Shown here: piece after piece, positions 33,570 through 49,757 of the stretch
Layout of the letters: each line of letters opens with the position of its first letter
Position numbering within the stretch: the first letter of the stretch is position 1
NCBI GenBank assembly: GCA_002269645.1
Contig: NIVC01001380.1
Location: forward strand, 1-64,000
Direction: 5' to 3'
Length of the DNA stretch: 64,000 nt
Source of the DNA: Macrostomum lignano
Taxonomy: Eukaryota
Notes under the pieces: generated by a model
The model's database searches: none
Seen by the model: the letters and a program-made list of their open reading frames with translations, nothing else
What the model was told of the DNA's origin: nothing
Program-made: the position numbers and the translations under genes

Positions 33570-35685
33570 TCAGCAATGGTTTTTATCAACTTCAAACACG
33601 GCATTAATCATCCGACCGCCGCAGATTTGATTGGAATCGCCGGCGCAGGGCAATCGACAATCGGAACGCTCGGCCTCGCCATTGTTGCCGTAGTTGTCGC
33701 CACAGCGGCACTGGTTGCCCTCCCGCAGGGCGAACACCGACGTGCCGCGTTTCGAACAGAGACAGTTGCACTTCTGACGGTTCATGTCATTGCTCGTCGA
33801 CGCAAGTGAAGCGAAATCGGGCCAATGATTGCTCTCAAAAAAGCAGCCGACAAAATCTGGAAATTACGCACACATAAAAAGCCATTGCATTGATTTTAAA
33901 AAGAAGCAACTCTCTTGTGCTGCGCGATTTATCATCTATCTTCTTGTTTTAAAATTTATTAACCACTACACCAAAACTTTCACTACAAAAACAATCGTTA
34001 AAAGATTATCAGCGTAGTACTACTGAATAAGAATACACCCACGATTAATTGAATTAATACATAATCGATTGAAAAAAAATTACATTCACGTTAAAACATA
34101 AAGCACTTACGTCCAGCTTTAATGGCACTCTTCTTCTTTTCCCCAAAGACTTGAACTTCGCAAAGAGTCAAGGGTGAGCGCTTGCGATTGTTGATGCGAA
34201 TCTGCTGGCCGACCTTATTGCACTGGAACGTCTTCACAGAGAAGAAGCCGCTCGACTTGAACGAGGCGCACTCTTGACCGTCGACTGTGATTGAAAAGTC
34301 GTTGAGTCTCTCTGAGCAGCAGTCGAGTCGGTTGTAGATTCGAATCTTCCTGACGAGTGATCGCTCCTTGAGAGTCGCTTGCCACCAGCCCAGCTCAGAT
34401 TTTGTGTGGGTGCAGCTATTTAAATGCCAGTTAGGATTGGTGTTACCATCGAATGCTCTTTGACAAACACCCTTGACTGCTGTAGAACTTTGAGAGCACG
34501 ACACGAGAGGAAGACGGTCTAAAAATAAAAGGAAATAGTTGTCACTCAAGCACCGTATTACGCATCGAAATGGATAAAAAGACATATTGACAAATAGTCT
34601 TACTCTTTGGAGTTCGCAGTTTGACTTCCTTTCCATACACCTGCACTTCGCAGAGAGTCAGTGGTGACGTTTTACGGTTCTTCACGGTCACAACTTGACC
34701 GATCCTGTTGCATTTGAAAGCGCGAATTGAGAAGAAACTGTTGGACTTGTACGACGCGCATTCATGCCCGTCGACCATGATTACGAAGTTGTTCAGTCGT
34801 TCTGAGCAACAGTCCATTCGGTTGAAGATTCGAACCGTCCGAATGTGAGACAGCGACTTGGTTCTCGCCTGCCACCAGCCCTTCTCGTTTTTGGTGTGAG
34901 TGCAGGACTTGTGGCCATAGAGTTGGTGATCGTTGTTGTCGATGGCCCGACTGCAGACGCCTCCAGCAGCGGTTGAAGACTGTTTGCATTGCAACATTGG
35001 GAGCCTCGCTGAAATCAGAGGAATGTGTTTAACTATTTAGTTCTATTCGATTCCCGTAATAATGTTTCTATTGGCTACAGCCTTCTCGTACGAGCTCGTA
35101 TGTTTTCATTATGCGCTTACCGCCATAAGGATTTCCTGAAAGGTAATTTCCGAAGATCTGCACTTCGCAAACAGTCAGCGGCGTTTTGATTCGATTCTTG
35201 ATTACCAGCATCTGACCGACTTTGTTACACCTGAAGGTCTTCACTGAAAATGACTTTCTCGAACTGTAGGACTGCTCGCATTCTTGACCATCGAGAAAGA
35301 TGGAGAAGCTGTTGAGTCTGTCTGAGCAGCAGTCGAGCCTGTTGTAGATTCGAACAAAGCGCACTCGAGCGAAGCCCTTTATGGCGGCTTGCCAAAAGCC
35401 TTTCTCGGCATTTGTGTGCGTGCACGAGCCTGCGCCATAGTTCTGGTTGGTTCTTCCATCGAAGGCTCTCTCGCACACGCCTCCAGCTGCCGTAGAGCTT
35501 TGGTAGCACGCAGCAAACTTCAGTTGGGCTGAAATACAAAATTGGCAGCATGGAAAGTTAATAGTAGCGTATTTTTTCAAGTAACGGATAAGACGACCAT
35601 ACGATCTGTAAAGCACAATATACTTACTGTTGGCAGAGGCGGCAATATTCACCAGAAGAAAAATTGCGACGATTCTTAATAGCAT
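33570..35685 (-). CDS. Secreted protein with three F-type (fucose-binding) lectin domains and a C-terminal WSC domain; 5 exons: 35685-35628, 35528-35121, 35008-34604, 34518-34111, 33856-33570; 521 aa
   Basis: All introns are GT-AG, phase 1, total CDS 1566 nt. Each of exons 2-4 has A(F/I)D(G/N), CTHT..W and H-x25-R-x-D-CCS(D/E)-R, ending LT(L/V)CEVQ. Exon 5 reads FVGCF...C.CLC...GNQCRCG...C.LPCAGDSNQICGG (WSC). Confidence 0.92.
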
Positions 35686-37485
35686 CCTGGAAGTTTCTAA
35701 GTTGACGAGCTGTAGCTCACTTTTAGCGGGAGTGAGATTTCAGGTTTAGGAAGGTAAAACTTTGCTGTCGTGTCTTGATTTTATGCTTTACCGTGGCAGA
35801 AAATGATTGACAGTTTGGGGCGGCATTCGTCAGTTTGTGTCAACAGGTTCAGAATGCAGTTTGTTTTAAGATCCGCATAGCAGCTGATGCTCAAAGCTAG
35901 CAAGAAAAGCGAAGCCGAAAAAGTTTTTATTCGCTGATATGCTTAGAGATCAGACAGAGCTGTCTAACGCTCTAACGGGTCTAACGGGTTTTGCGCCGTC
36001 TTCTTTCATGCTTTTGAAGCTAAACTCGCTGATCAACGCTTTAGTTGAGAGATCATTGATCATTTCTATAAGCGAATTGTTTTGAGTAAATCCACCTATC
36101 TCGAAAGCGAAAAAGGGAAAGGCAAATTTTTTTTGACTCAATGTGGGCGTTGGTCAATATGCTTCAGAGAGGCACATATTCCAGCAAATTTTCTGCTTTG
36201 CATTTGAAAAATTCTGTAACGATCTAAGTGAGGGGGCACAAAAGAAGTTCGATCCTGTCTTCGGATTTCGCTAGTCAAGCTTTGCCTAAAAAATCCCGTG
36301 TGAATTAATTCTTATGCATGTAAATGTATCCGGTGAAGATTCTCGTCGGTAGGGCTTATTAGTCCCGCGTGCACTCAAGTGACAAGTTTTTATAGCGAAC
36401 TTCCAGCATCAGTCACTGGGACATCTCTGGCCTGCGCATGGAGATGTTGAGCTGGTGCTCTTACTCGTATAGGTCTCTTCTTTAGAATCAAATTTAACTC
36501 ACGCGGGAAACGCTTATGGTTAGCGCGGGATCAAAGACTCCACTGTGGGTTTATTCTTGTGATTATTTACAGCATTTAGTCTCTCTAATTATGTACTCTG
36601 AACGACTAAGTCTGTGTTTACCATTCACTTTAAATTAACACCGGTGTTTTCACCATCGTCATCGTTCATCGCCCATCGTCATCTATTGGTGAAATGTAAA
36701 AATCCTATTTGTCAAGCTAAGTCAGTTCCAACGGAATTTAGCATAGGTGTTGGCCTTTGACTTCTATTATCAAATTCTATAAAGCATCGCCATACAATGC
36801 ATGCATACCAAGCTGAGCCAATAATTCGATATTTGCTAGCTATCATGCAGCTTGAATAGCAAATAGTTGTAAGTTTGACTAAATAAAATTGCATGACATT
36901 TCATACGAGTAAAACACTATGCAGTTTATGAACGGTTCGGTACTACTTTAATTAATGCTGTGACTATGGTTAAGTTGAACCAGGACGTTAATTCATGGAG
37001 TCCATGCAGAATTAGAGATGGATAATAAACGTATAGATGAAAGCGTTTACTGAAGTTTTCAGTCACATTGCCTTTAAGTATACGTTGCTAATCATACGAC
37101 TCGGCCGAGTCGTACCGCCCGCAGAGGGTGCAGGAGGTGCTGATGCAGAAGCTGCAGGCACCATACCGCGGCGGGGACTGGCGCGCACTTGCGGCGTTTC
37201 GTCGACTGCCTGCTGGCTGATGCCGGCGCCTGGGACACTGCTGGCGGTGCGGCCTACATTCACGCCTAGGCCCTGAAATGCGCCCTGTGATTTTTTCTCA
37301 CGATTGCGTGGCTGACAACGTAGGACGTATTTTATTCGTTGGCGTTTCAGTGAATCGCGAAACACATCAATACGGTTTTTTGATGTCACAGTTTCCATCT
37401 GTTTCCTTTTAGAGGTGAACTCATGCATTCTTAATTAGTGCCAGCCCAATCGCGTCTTCACCGACGGTATTGCCTCAGCGCTTGA

Positions 37486-38230
37486 TTGAGACAACGCTAC
37501 TCCGTAGCTATCGACCCGCGCGATACCATCAATGACCACTGCAACCCTGGTGAGCTCCACTGCTACACCGACAATTCTAAGCAGTCAGTCAACACCGTTA
37601 TTTGGTGTCGGAATCTTCCTGAACGAACGGGTCAACGCAATCCAGGTTCAGTACATTGGGGTCAAGTTCAGTTTTCTCCAAAAGAAGTTCTCGCCAACAG
37701 CTCTTGCACTGCAGAGCTTCTTGCCACAGGCGTAATTGGTCCAAACATCATTTTTCATTCGGACAGCCAAGCTGCCTTCAGTGGCATGGCTGCAGTGTCA
37801 AACTCTGCTACAGCCCTGGACTGTATCAAACTCCTCAAGATGTCAGTTTATACCAACGAAATTACCTTTACATGTAAATGTGTTCCAGGACTTGCGGGGA
37901 CCTGAGGAAATGCGCTGGCCGACGCCTTTCAAAAGTTGGCGGCTCCGGCTCCTCTCTCGGGCGCGAACCCCTAGTCCTGATTTCCAGCTGCGTCATCGAC
38001 TTTCGCAGCAAGGCGAGGATCAGGACTCAGCACCGCTCAGCTTGGGCGAACTGCACTACATCCAGAGGCGCTGTTCCCCAGCCCTCTCATCAGCTTTGGA
38101 AGCTCCTTTTGCTCCTCTCGCAAAGAGACATTCAGACTGCCATCATATGACCTTCTCGCAGGGCACGGCTGCTTCTCCAGGCATCAAGTCTGGAGAAGTC
38201 TTCAGTCTTTGCCCAAGTCTTCACACTTAT
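37486..38230 (+). pseudogene. RNase H and C-terminal relic of a non-LTR retrotransposon
   Basis: CYTDNSK, TAELLA, IFHSDSQAA, CVPGLAGT*GNALAD, and later LLAGHGCFSRH in another frame. Confidence 0.82.
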
Positions 38231-38515
38231 TAATAAGCGGAGTCCAATTTAAGTGGAATCGTTTAGATTGTTGAAAAAAGTAAAATGGCGGTCAGTTACT
38301 GACTACTGCAGATACGAGCTTATGAGTACTAGAATATCTCGATATGTCACAATAAAAGTTGTGAAAAAGTAGAGCGTCTAATCTGTTTTCATTAGTTTGT
38401 TTTTCCAATTTTCCAATTTCCTCTCCTTCCTCGGGGTTTGCGGCCTCAGAAGCATTTGGGGTTCAGAATGAACAACATGCATTCAACTACGAGTAGATGT
38501 ACACAAGTTAACGCA

Positions 38516-38655
38516 AGACGGACGAAACTAAGCCTAAGGAGCAGGCCCAATCTAGCTCAGCCAATGAGAGAGCAGTAAGGAGAGAGGTCAAAGTCAGACG
38601 GACGAAACTCAGTCTAAGGAGCAGGCCCAATCTAGCTCAGCCAATGGGAGAGCAG
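38516..38655. repeat. 60-bp direct duplication with 80-bp period
   Basis: agacggacgaaact...gcaggcccaatctagctcagccaatg.gagagcag at 38516 and 38596. Confidence 0.9.
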
Positions 38656-38689
38656 AAAGGAGAGAAAGAAAGAAAGGAGCTGGTCTCGA

Positions 38690-38960
38690 CCACCACCTGG
38701 AACAGCGTCGCTCCCTGGCGATCAGGTGGAGCCTCGGACTGCTGGACCGTTCACAGAACGAAAGGCAGCCCAGGCAAGCCGGCGGCGACGGCGCAGATCT
38801 TTGCAGGTGCCCGGGAACCAGTCTTCGAAGCTTCTTCGCCTGTCAATCTGCGCCCTTGCACAAAATTGCAGTCTCGATGTCGTCTGATGGTTTTCTGCGT
38901 GTTGACCACCAGTCCGACACTCACCGTAGCAGCAGTTGTGACAGTCCCCAGCACCCAGGT
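38690..38960 (-). pseudogene. RT C-terminal relic of an RTE-like LINE
   Basis: GLVVNTQKT, DLRRRRRLAWAAFRSV and ATLFQVVVET in shifting frames. Confidence 0.75.
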
Positions 38961-39744
38961 CAAGCACTTGCTCTGCTTTTGCTTTGGTACGAGCTTAAAC
39001 TTGTGAATCACCCTCGAGTTTCAGCAATGGAAAATATGTTTTATATCGCTAATGCATTTTGTATCGAAAACTGGTTCTCAGTGAAATTTAGTACCCGTCC
39101 TCCTTAAGTTGACCCTGCCTCAAACAATTATATTGATAAGATTATCCATCTTTTCGCTCAGATACTGAGCTGACATCTGCAACTTGTACAATATCCACTA
39201 TCTAAGCTAACTGGAATTCCAGTCTCGTGTATCGATTCTGTCGACCTGAGATGTCTGTAGGGGCAATATAGCTAACAAAACCTCTTGAGCCTTTGCTAGC
39301 TAAAGTGTATCAGTTTCACCGTCTAGCTGGGACCACCAACATTTGAAAAACGAATTGAGACCTCTTGGCCATGTAACCTCCAAGTCCTGCTGTTATTATC
39401 GATTTGAACAAGTGGAAAGGCTCGATAACAGTGCTTTAATTTATCCGCATACATGTTCTGTAACTTGAGAAGATAAAGCTTAGTACATGTAACTTAAGGA
39501 TCCTGGAGATTCTAATCGGCTTTGCAAGACACTTTAAGAATCAATAAAAGCCTTTAAGACTCAATAAACTTGGGGGAGGAAATGAAACAGGAATATTTTT
39601 ATCGCGTTACAACCGAAACAAATGCGTCCTAGTAGAGAAAAAATGGGTCGATAAATTTTTCTGGTTAAAATTGAATTGTATCCAACTTTCAACAAACTTT
39701 TGTGTATGAATGAGCTGCAGTTAATTAGGCGTTGTTGTGGCCAG

Positions 39745-40482
39745 TTGTGCTAATCTGGGTGGTGGTGCTAATCTGGGTGGTGGTGCTAATCTGGTTGGTG
39801 GTGCTAATCTGGGGCAGTGGTGCTAATCTGGGGGTTTGTTGCTAACCTGGGTAGTAGTGCTAATCTGGTGGATTGTTGCTAATCTGGGTACTCGTAGTGG
39901 TGCTAATCTGGGGGTGCTAATTGCTAATCTGGGTAGTGGTGCTAATCTGGGGGTATTGCTAATCTGGGTAGTGTTGCTAATCTGGGGGTGTTGCTAATAA
40001 ATCTGGGTAGTGTTGCTAATCTGGGGGAGTGTTGCTAATCTGGGGGATTGTTGCTAATCTGGGGGAGTGTTGCTAATCTGGGTAGTGGAGCTAATCTGGG
40101 GAGCGGTGCTAATCTGGGGGAGTGTTGCTAATCTGGGTAGTGGTGCTAATCTGGGGCAGTGGTACTAATCTGGGGGTGTTGCTAATCTGAGGAGCGGTGC
40201 TAATCTGGGAGTGTTGCTAATCTGGGGGAGTGTTGCTAATCTGGGTAGTGGAGCTAATCTGGGGAGCGGTGCTAATCTGGGGGAGTGTTGCTAATCTGGG
40301 TAGTGGTGCTAATCTGGGGCAGTGGTACTAATCTGGGGGTGTTGCTAATCTGAGGAGCGGTGCTAATCTGGGTGTGTTGCTAATCTGGGTAGTGGTGCTA
40401 ATCTGGGCAGTGGTGCTAATCTGGGGGTGTTGCTAATCTGGGTAGTGGTGCTAATCTGGGGATTGTTGCTAATCTGGGGGAC
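39745..40482. repeat. 17-20-bp minisatellite (tgctaatctggg core)
   Basis: About 40 units with an invariant ctaatctg core and variable G-rich linkers. Confidence 0.96.
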
Positions 40483-42047
40483 TGTATTCTGACGATAGTT
40501 TGTGTGGAATTTTAACTGGGGTAGAAATTTCACTGAAGTGCATTTTACTCCATAAAACTATTTAGAGTGGGATTCCAGTGACTGGTGTTCTCTGGGTGTT
40601 CTCTCTATTAAAAAACAGAATTTTTCATCAGATGTAAGTCTAAAATTGACCCCCCCCCCCTAATAACTTCCATGTCGCCAACATTACAATTGTCTACAAG
40701 ACGAGGAACTGCTTTTTTGACGATGAAACATAGCAGTTGCATCCGATTATCGATTTGAAGTTGACTCGCTCTCCACTCCGGATTCACTGGCTGAATTTCC
40801 AGCGCCTTCATCAGTATCCACACCCGCCGCGCGCCGCCAGAATCTACTCCAGCCTCTCCATCAGGTTGATCTTCTTTCCAACGGAGAGATCAGTAGAAAA
40901 GCGCCGCGTGCTCAACTCTACGACCTCCTCAGACGAGCAGATACTTGTTGGTCTGCCTAATGCTGAACTCCCGAATGTCCACCTACCGGTCCAGTAGAGC
41001 TCTGAGGTTGCAACACCTTGACTGGTGAGGAGATCGTAAATTCGTCGACGCAGGGCTCTGGACTGTCCGTCGGCGCGCAGAATTTCACTGCCAATCGAAG
41101 GTCATTGTCGAACTGCCCAGCAACCGACATTGTGTCCCAGGAAGTTTAGCTTGCTAAAGGGAATTATTAATTATGTGATTACATAGGGGCAATGCAGAAC
41201 CTTGCAGCTCAAGATCGAGGAGGTTAGTAAAATTGCATTTGTATTTCGGTCGAAAGAATAACTTAGTATAGCGTGCACACTACCGGTACTTATGTATGCT
41301 GGTGTTAGAACATGATATGCAAGTAGAAAAGATGGCATAAGCATCGAAAAATATACTTAAATAGCCTACATTATACTTGTCTATGCATGCTTTATTAATA
41401 TGCGCCTACATTGTGTGTGTTTTTTACCTGCTTTTTGCTCAAATTTGTCTATATGTTCAAATATACGCAATTCATCCTACTATAAGTATTTTTCACTAGC
41501 CTACTTTTTGTTAATAAATACGTATCGATGACTACAAATCGATTACTACAAATTGATGCATACATATTGGCGCGCCTGCGGGCGGGGGCGCGTACATATC
41601 GGGTTGCATACATATCGGGACGTCTGGATGGAACATGCGGTGATCGGTTCCAAGCGTCGTCAGCCAATGAGAGGCGAGGAGGGTTGACACCCACCTCACC
41701 TCCAAAATCGGTCATAAGAGAGCATTTGGTAGTTGCATACAGGCGTTGCGGGTATCCGTAGATGCGACCAAAAAACATTTTTCTCTGTATAAAATCTGTT
41801 ATATTCTGTCTACGAACACAAATGGTCCTAGCAATTAGCAAATCTAATCACTGCTAGACAAAATTTGTTCCTAAAATAAACAGAACCGTAGGAAAAAGAG
41901 CATACGAGCTCGTAAAGCAAAGGACAAACGAGGATGCAGGGTCTCAACAATGACCACTTTTGCACGAATTTTAGTCATCGATCCGGTGCATATACAGGTT
42001 ATTGGCATGGCAGCTTCAGGTTTAATCTCGTTAGGGTGTCCTATGCA

Positions 42048-43650
42048 TACCCAACCGAATTTTTTTTGTTACTATTGAAAACAATCTCTACCATTTTACC
42101 CAGTCCTATGCATACCCAACCGAAAGTGTTTTGTTACTATTGAAAACAATCTCTACCATTTTACCCAGTCCTATGCATACCCAACCGAAAGTGTTTTGTT
42201 ACTATTGAAAACAATCTCTACCATTTTGCCCAGTCCTATGCATACCCAACCGAAAGTGTTTGTTACTATTGAAAACAATCTCTACCATTTTACCCAGTCC
42301 TATGCATACCCAACCGAAAGTGTTTTGTTACTATTGAAAACAATCTCTACCATTTTACCCAGTCCTATGCATACCCAACCGAAAGTGTTTTGTTACTATT
42401 GAAAACAATCTCTACCATTTTACCCAGTCCTATGCATACCCAACCGAAAGTGTTTTGTTACTATTGAAAACAATCTCTACCATTTTACCCAGTCCTATGC
42501 ATACCCAACCGAAAGTGTTTGTTACTATTGAAAACAATCTCTACCATTTTACCCAGTCCTATGCATACCCAACCGAAAGTGTTTTGTTACTATTGAAAAC
42601 AATCTCTACCATTTTACCCAGTCCTATGCATACCCAACCGAAAGTGTTTTGTTACTATTGAAAACAATCTCTACCATTTTACCCAGTCCTATGCATACCC
42701 AACCGAAAGTGTTTTGTTACTATTGAAAACAATCTCTACCATTTTACCCAGTCCTATGCATACCCAACCGAAAGTGTTTTGTTACTATTGAAAACAATCT
42801 CTACCATTTTACCCAGTCCTATGCATACCCAACCGAAAGTGTTTTGTTACTATTGAAAACAATCTCTACCATTTTACCCAGTCCTATGCATACCCAACCG
42901 AAGGTGTTTTGTTACTATTGAAAACAATCTCTACCATTTTACCCAGTCCTATGCATACCCAACCGAAAGAGTTTTGTTACTATTGAAAACAATCTCTACC
43001 ATTTTACCCAGTCCTATGCATACCCAACCGAAAGTGTTTTGTTACTATTGAAAACAATCTCTACCATTTTACCCAGTCCTATGCATACCCAACCGAAAGT
43101 GTTTGTTACTATTGAAAACAATCTCTACCATTTTAGCCAGTCCTATGCATACCCAACCGAAAGAGTTTTGTTACTATTGAAAACAATCTCTACCATTTTA
43201 GCCAGTCCTATGCATACCCAACCGAAAGAGTTTTGTTACTATTGAAAACAATCTCTACCATTTTAGCCAGTCCTATGCATACCCAACCGAAAGAGTTTTG
43301 TTACTATTGAAAACAATCTCTACCATTTTAGCCAGTCCTATGCATACCCAACCGAAAGTGTTTGTTACTATTGAAAACAATCTCTACCATTTTAGCCAGT
43401 CCTATGCATACCCAACCGAAAGTGTTTGTTACTATTGAAAACAATCTCTACCATTTTGCCCAGTCCTATGCATACCCAACCGAAAGTGTTTTGTTACTAT
43501 TGAAAACAATCTCTACCATTTTGCCCAGTCCTATGCATACCCAACCGAAAGTGTTTGTTACTATTGAAAACAATCTCTACCATTTTAGCCAGTCCTATGC
43601 ATACCCAACCGAAAGTGTTTTGTTACTATTGAAAACAATCTCTACCATTT
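42048..43650. repeat. 65-bp minisatellite, about 24-25 copies
   Basis: Unit gtcctatgcatacccaaccgaaagtgttttgttactattgaaaacaatctctaccattttaccca, head-to-tail with no spacers. Confidence 0.98.
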
Positions 43651-43689
43651 TGCTTTTCTACCATTTATCAAGTTTCATTCCACGACCGA

Positions 43690-43751
43690 CCCCTGGTTCG
43701 ACTCCTGATCCACCCCATGCGGGCCAGCCTCCAAAGCACAGAGAGTGTACA
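43690..43751 (+). mobile_element. Putative SINE fragment (copy 2)
   Basis: ggttcgactcc at 43695-43705, followed by the 30-nt core shared with 17978-18007. Confidence 0.4.
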
Positions 43752-44452
43752 AGTCTGGGAGTAGACAGTCATGGTCGCTGTATTTCTAGTGGTCCATGGT
43801 TCTCATATAAGTTTCACGAGTTCCCCCTTTCGGTATAAAATAGTACTCAATGTAGCTCGTACTAAAACGAGTAGTGTCACAAATAATTACCGGATGTACG
43901 CTATAGGGAAGCTATAACTCAAGCTAAAATTACTACTACTCATGGCGAATATAACTTTTTCTGCAATAATTTTCATGGGAGTAACAAATAAAGCTTTTTG
44001 GTCGCTACTTTATCAAAGTTTAGTTTTAAGTATTCTGCAGCAATATTGAAGTCAGCCAATTGGGACAATAAATTATGAATTCACAAATACATCTATTGCT
44101 TTCGAGCTACAAGTTTACCCACCCTCGAATCGGGTTCTTCACTTCCACCTCTCTTTCCTTCCAATATCAGCCTCTTTAACTTCATCAAATAGAACTGGCC
44201 ATGCAAACGCCGCGGGTTCGTGTAGGGCCAAGAAATGTACGGGCAGTGTAGTGGACCGCAGGATAGGATATCGTCAACACACCCTCAACCGCCAATCAGA
44301 GAGCCTGGAAGCGAAAAAAATATCACCTAGTTACGTATATAAATAGATAAGCGCAACCCTCTATCCGGCTGAAGTTCGCTCTAGAACGAAACGATATTAT
44401 AGACTAACAGCGCTGGACTAATAGCTGTAGAAGTGTATTGCATCCCGCGGTC

Positions 44453-46828
<2,376 letters not shown>

Positions 46829-46922
46829 CTGACGCTTTTGATTGCGGGTCTGTTAGCTTTGTGGTAGACTGACACCGATTTTGGTAATTGATGCCCTGCT
46901 TGTGCCATCGCTGTTCGACCTA

Positions 46923-47702
46923 CAGGGTGGTCCAGAAAGGTCTCCTGGGATAGCAAACTGCATTTGCTATGCATTTCGTACATTTTGATTCACTCGTACT
47001 CTACTGTATTTCAGCTCCATGGCTGACGCACCAGCTGGGAGATTCAAATGATGTATGCCGTTTTGAATGTCTCATAATTATATAAATAATAGTTGATTGA
47101 ACGTATACCTGCTCCAATCAGGCCAGATTTGCAATCGACAGCTCAGCCCCAGCTATTGAAGGCTGCGTACGGCTGTTCAGTACATAGACTGGGGGCTCGC
47201 CACACACGCACAAACACCCTTAATTACCTCACCAATATTGCTGGTAATGCAGAGTTAAGTGCCTTGCACAAGAGTCCGACGCTCTAACCCCTAAGGCTAC
47301 AGCCCCCTTAAAAAGTAAGACAAGACTCGTTAGCTGGTAGTTGGGAGTGCCTCTGTCGGTTGCACATCTGGCCTAATTCATGAGTCGGGTTAATTATGCA
47401 CAATTTTTATCACGAGTGGCATCCGATCATCGCTCCAAGAAGTTTTAAGAAGCAGACTTGCATTGACAACAAGAGCCATCATGTTGAGCTGGGACTGACA
47501 GGTCTAACAGGGCTACAACACAGCTGATTAAAATGGTTTGAAGAAAACTGCTGTTATATGTAATTCATGTTGTTTGAAGCAAGTACCAAAGATATTTAAG
47601 TAAAAAATACCCACTAAAACAAGTTTTAAGCACGTCGCGATGTTTGCAGTGCAGAGAAACTTAAGTAATTTCTATCCGGGAGAGCTTTCTGGACCACCCT
47701 TG
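46923..47702. mobile_element. Non-autonomous Tc1/mariner-type element with imperfect TIRs
   Basis: TA|cagggtggtccagaaaggtctcc at 46921 versus the reverse complement of gagagctttctggaccacccttg at 47680-47702; the right TA is not preserved. Confidence 0.6.
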
Positions 47703-49757
47703 TCATGTACATGCAAGTACCCTAACTTCGGCCACAAAGTATTTTTTACGATAACAACTATAGCTGGTGGACATAACTCTTGAAAAATATGAAAATTCTT
47801 TATTCCCTCAGACTTTGGAAGGCAATTCGTAATCCGTAGTAGCGTTTAGACTTAAATAGACTTGAAAGCTCACAAACCAAAGTTCAAGCGAGGTACAGAC
47901 ATTAAAATGAATATTTTTTATAATTTTAAACTGTTTCATATGTCCTCAAAATACCTTACCAGTGATGATGGTTCGATGTGCAATTTTAATGCTTAATTCG
48001 TCTTTGTTTTCAATTAATCGAACTTTTCTGAATGCAATTTGCGCAATTTTGCGGATTTAATCCCGCCACCTAACACCATGTTCGAATGTAAAAATATGTT
48101 TTGCAGCCATTAAAATTTGTATTCTGCATTCCGTGGGGCACTTAAGGCCTTTTGTTAACAATTTTGTCCCGAACATAAAGTCAAGAAATTAGGTTTAAAT
48201 TTTGCTTAAATTTTTTTATTGTTTGCACATTATTAAGCACCGCGGCTAAGAACAGCAAGCACTTTAAAGCGAATACATGTATTAATTGCGCCCATACCTG
48301 TTTATCAGTTCTCGCTACTTTTCAACGCTCTGACCTGTCCTTGCCCGTATGGCGACGTGCAGGATGTCCACAGGATTGTCGTTACTTTTGCAAAATTTCC
48401 GTTTGTCAATAGTGAGCTGTGCATATTTTCTGTAACGGCAAATGCGACAATAAACCGATGTTTAATTAACCCACCCTTGCGCAGCTACGCGTACATACGA
48501 ACAAACGTACTGACACTCCTCGTGTCTCGTATTTGCTCGACAAATAACACCTGGATTCGATTTTTACTTTTAATTTCCTGAAACAATTATCAAGCGGTCG
48601 TGGATTGGCAAATCAGCCCAGAATGCGTAGCAACTAATATAAAGTTATAATCCTGTTTGACAGTAAACCTGAAGTCTATAGTTTCAGTTTTTCACGGAGG
48701 TGCATGGTTGCTTCCCTGTATTTAATCGTGAATAAAGAAGTTCGTATTTGCATAGCAAAAAAATACTGATTTTTCGGGTTTGAATTAAAGCGACATAAAT
48801 GTTAGAAGCCAACGCTTTCATTACTGCACATGCAGGGCACTTCTGCACGTGAGAAATCTTCCATGACAAAGTGATTAAGTAAGTCCTGATAACTGCTGCC
48901 TTAAAATGGCTTCATCAAATATGCGTCACGGAATTTTTTGCTTTGAAAAAATCTTTTAAAAAGGATTTATGGCATGGTTTCTGAAGCCAAAAAAGATGCA
49001 GGTAAAAGAAGACTAGCTACATTTCGCTGCTGTGAGATTGCTATAATTTGAGTCCAATTCCAGAGCAAGTTCAAAATTGAAATCATATTTCTAAATCAAT
49101 TTTAAGTCACAAATTAGTACTTGCTTTTCTGCTGCATAAACAGCTATATACATGTAGCTATAATGTCTGTAAACAAAAGCTGAATGTATATCTACTGTGC
49201 TCCATATCATATAGGGCTTAATGCATTCTTAATTATAGCAGCTTTTAATGAGTTCATACAGCTTCTTCACAGTTCAGTGGAGCTAAGTATAGCTGTGGTC
49301 ATGCTAGTTCAGCCTGTAATGACATCTCAAATAATCTCACACAAAAGTTTTAGCTGCATGATGGCTCTTTTGAGACGCAATCGAAGATTCCAAGGTTGGG
49401 GCCATAGACATAGCTTTAGAGCCATGCATGCTATCGATCAACTTTGGACAAGCAAACTCAGCCAAAAATGTAGGCTTCATTGATTCTGGTCAACCGAATC
49501 GATCTGATCATTCTGTTTTCCGAATAAAACTAGCAACAAAAGCGATCAAGTTCCAAGGCGCTTTTAGTCTCTGTGTAGGACATGCAGACGCAGCGAATTC
49601 AGCACTCAAAAATTGTAAATGAATGGCCGGCCAAAGGAAGCCTCTATGCGCACGAATGTCTAATGGCGTTGCTGCACGAGCAAGCCGTGTGCTTTTATCA
49701 ATTAATTGTTATTCCATAGACATCAGCTAGCGTGCAGCAATATACATGTAGGATTGC

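Noticed and set aside
38600-38615. GAAAC-TCA-GTC as a hammerhead stem III
   Set aside because: No CUGANGA core or stem II upstream.
42048-43650. CRISPR-like regular array (also the 35-bp and 43-bp arrays)
   Set aside because: Head-to-tail units with no unique spacers, no cas genes, and a eukaryotic context.
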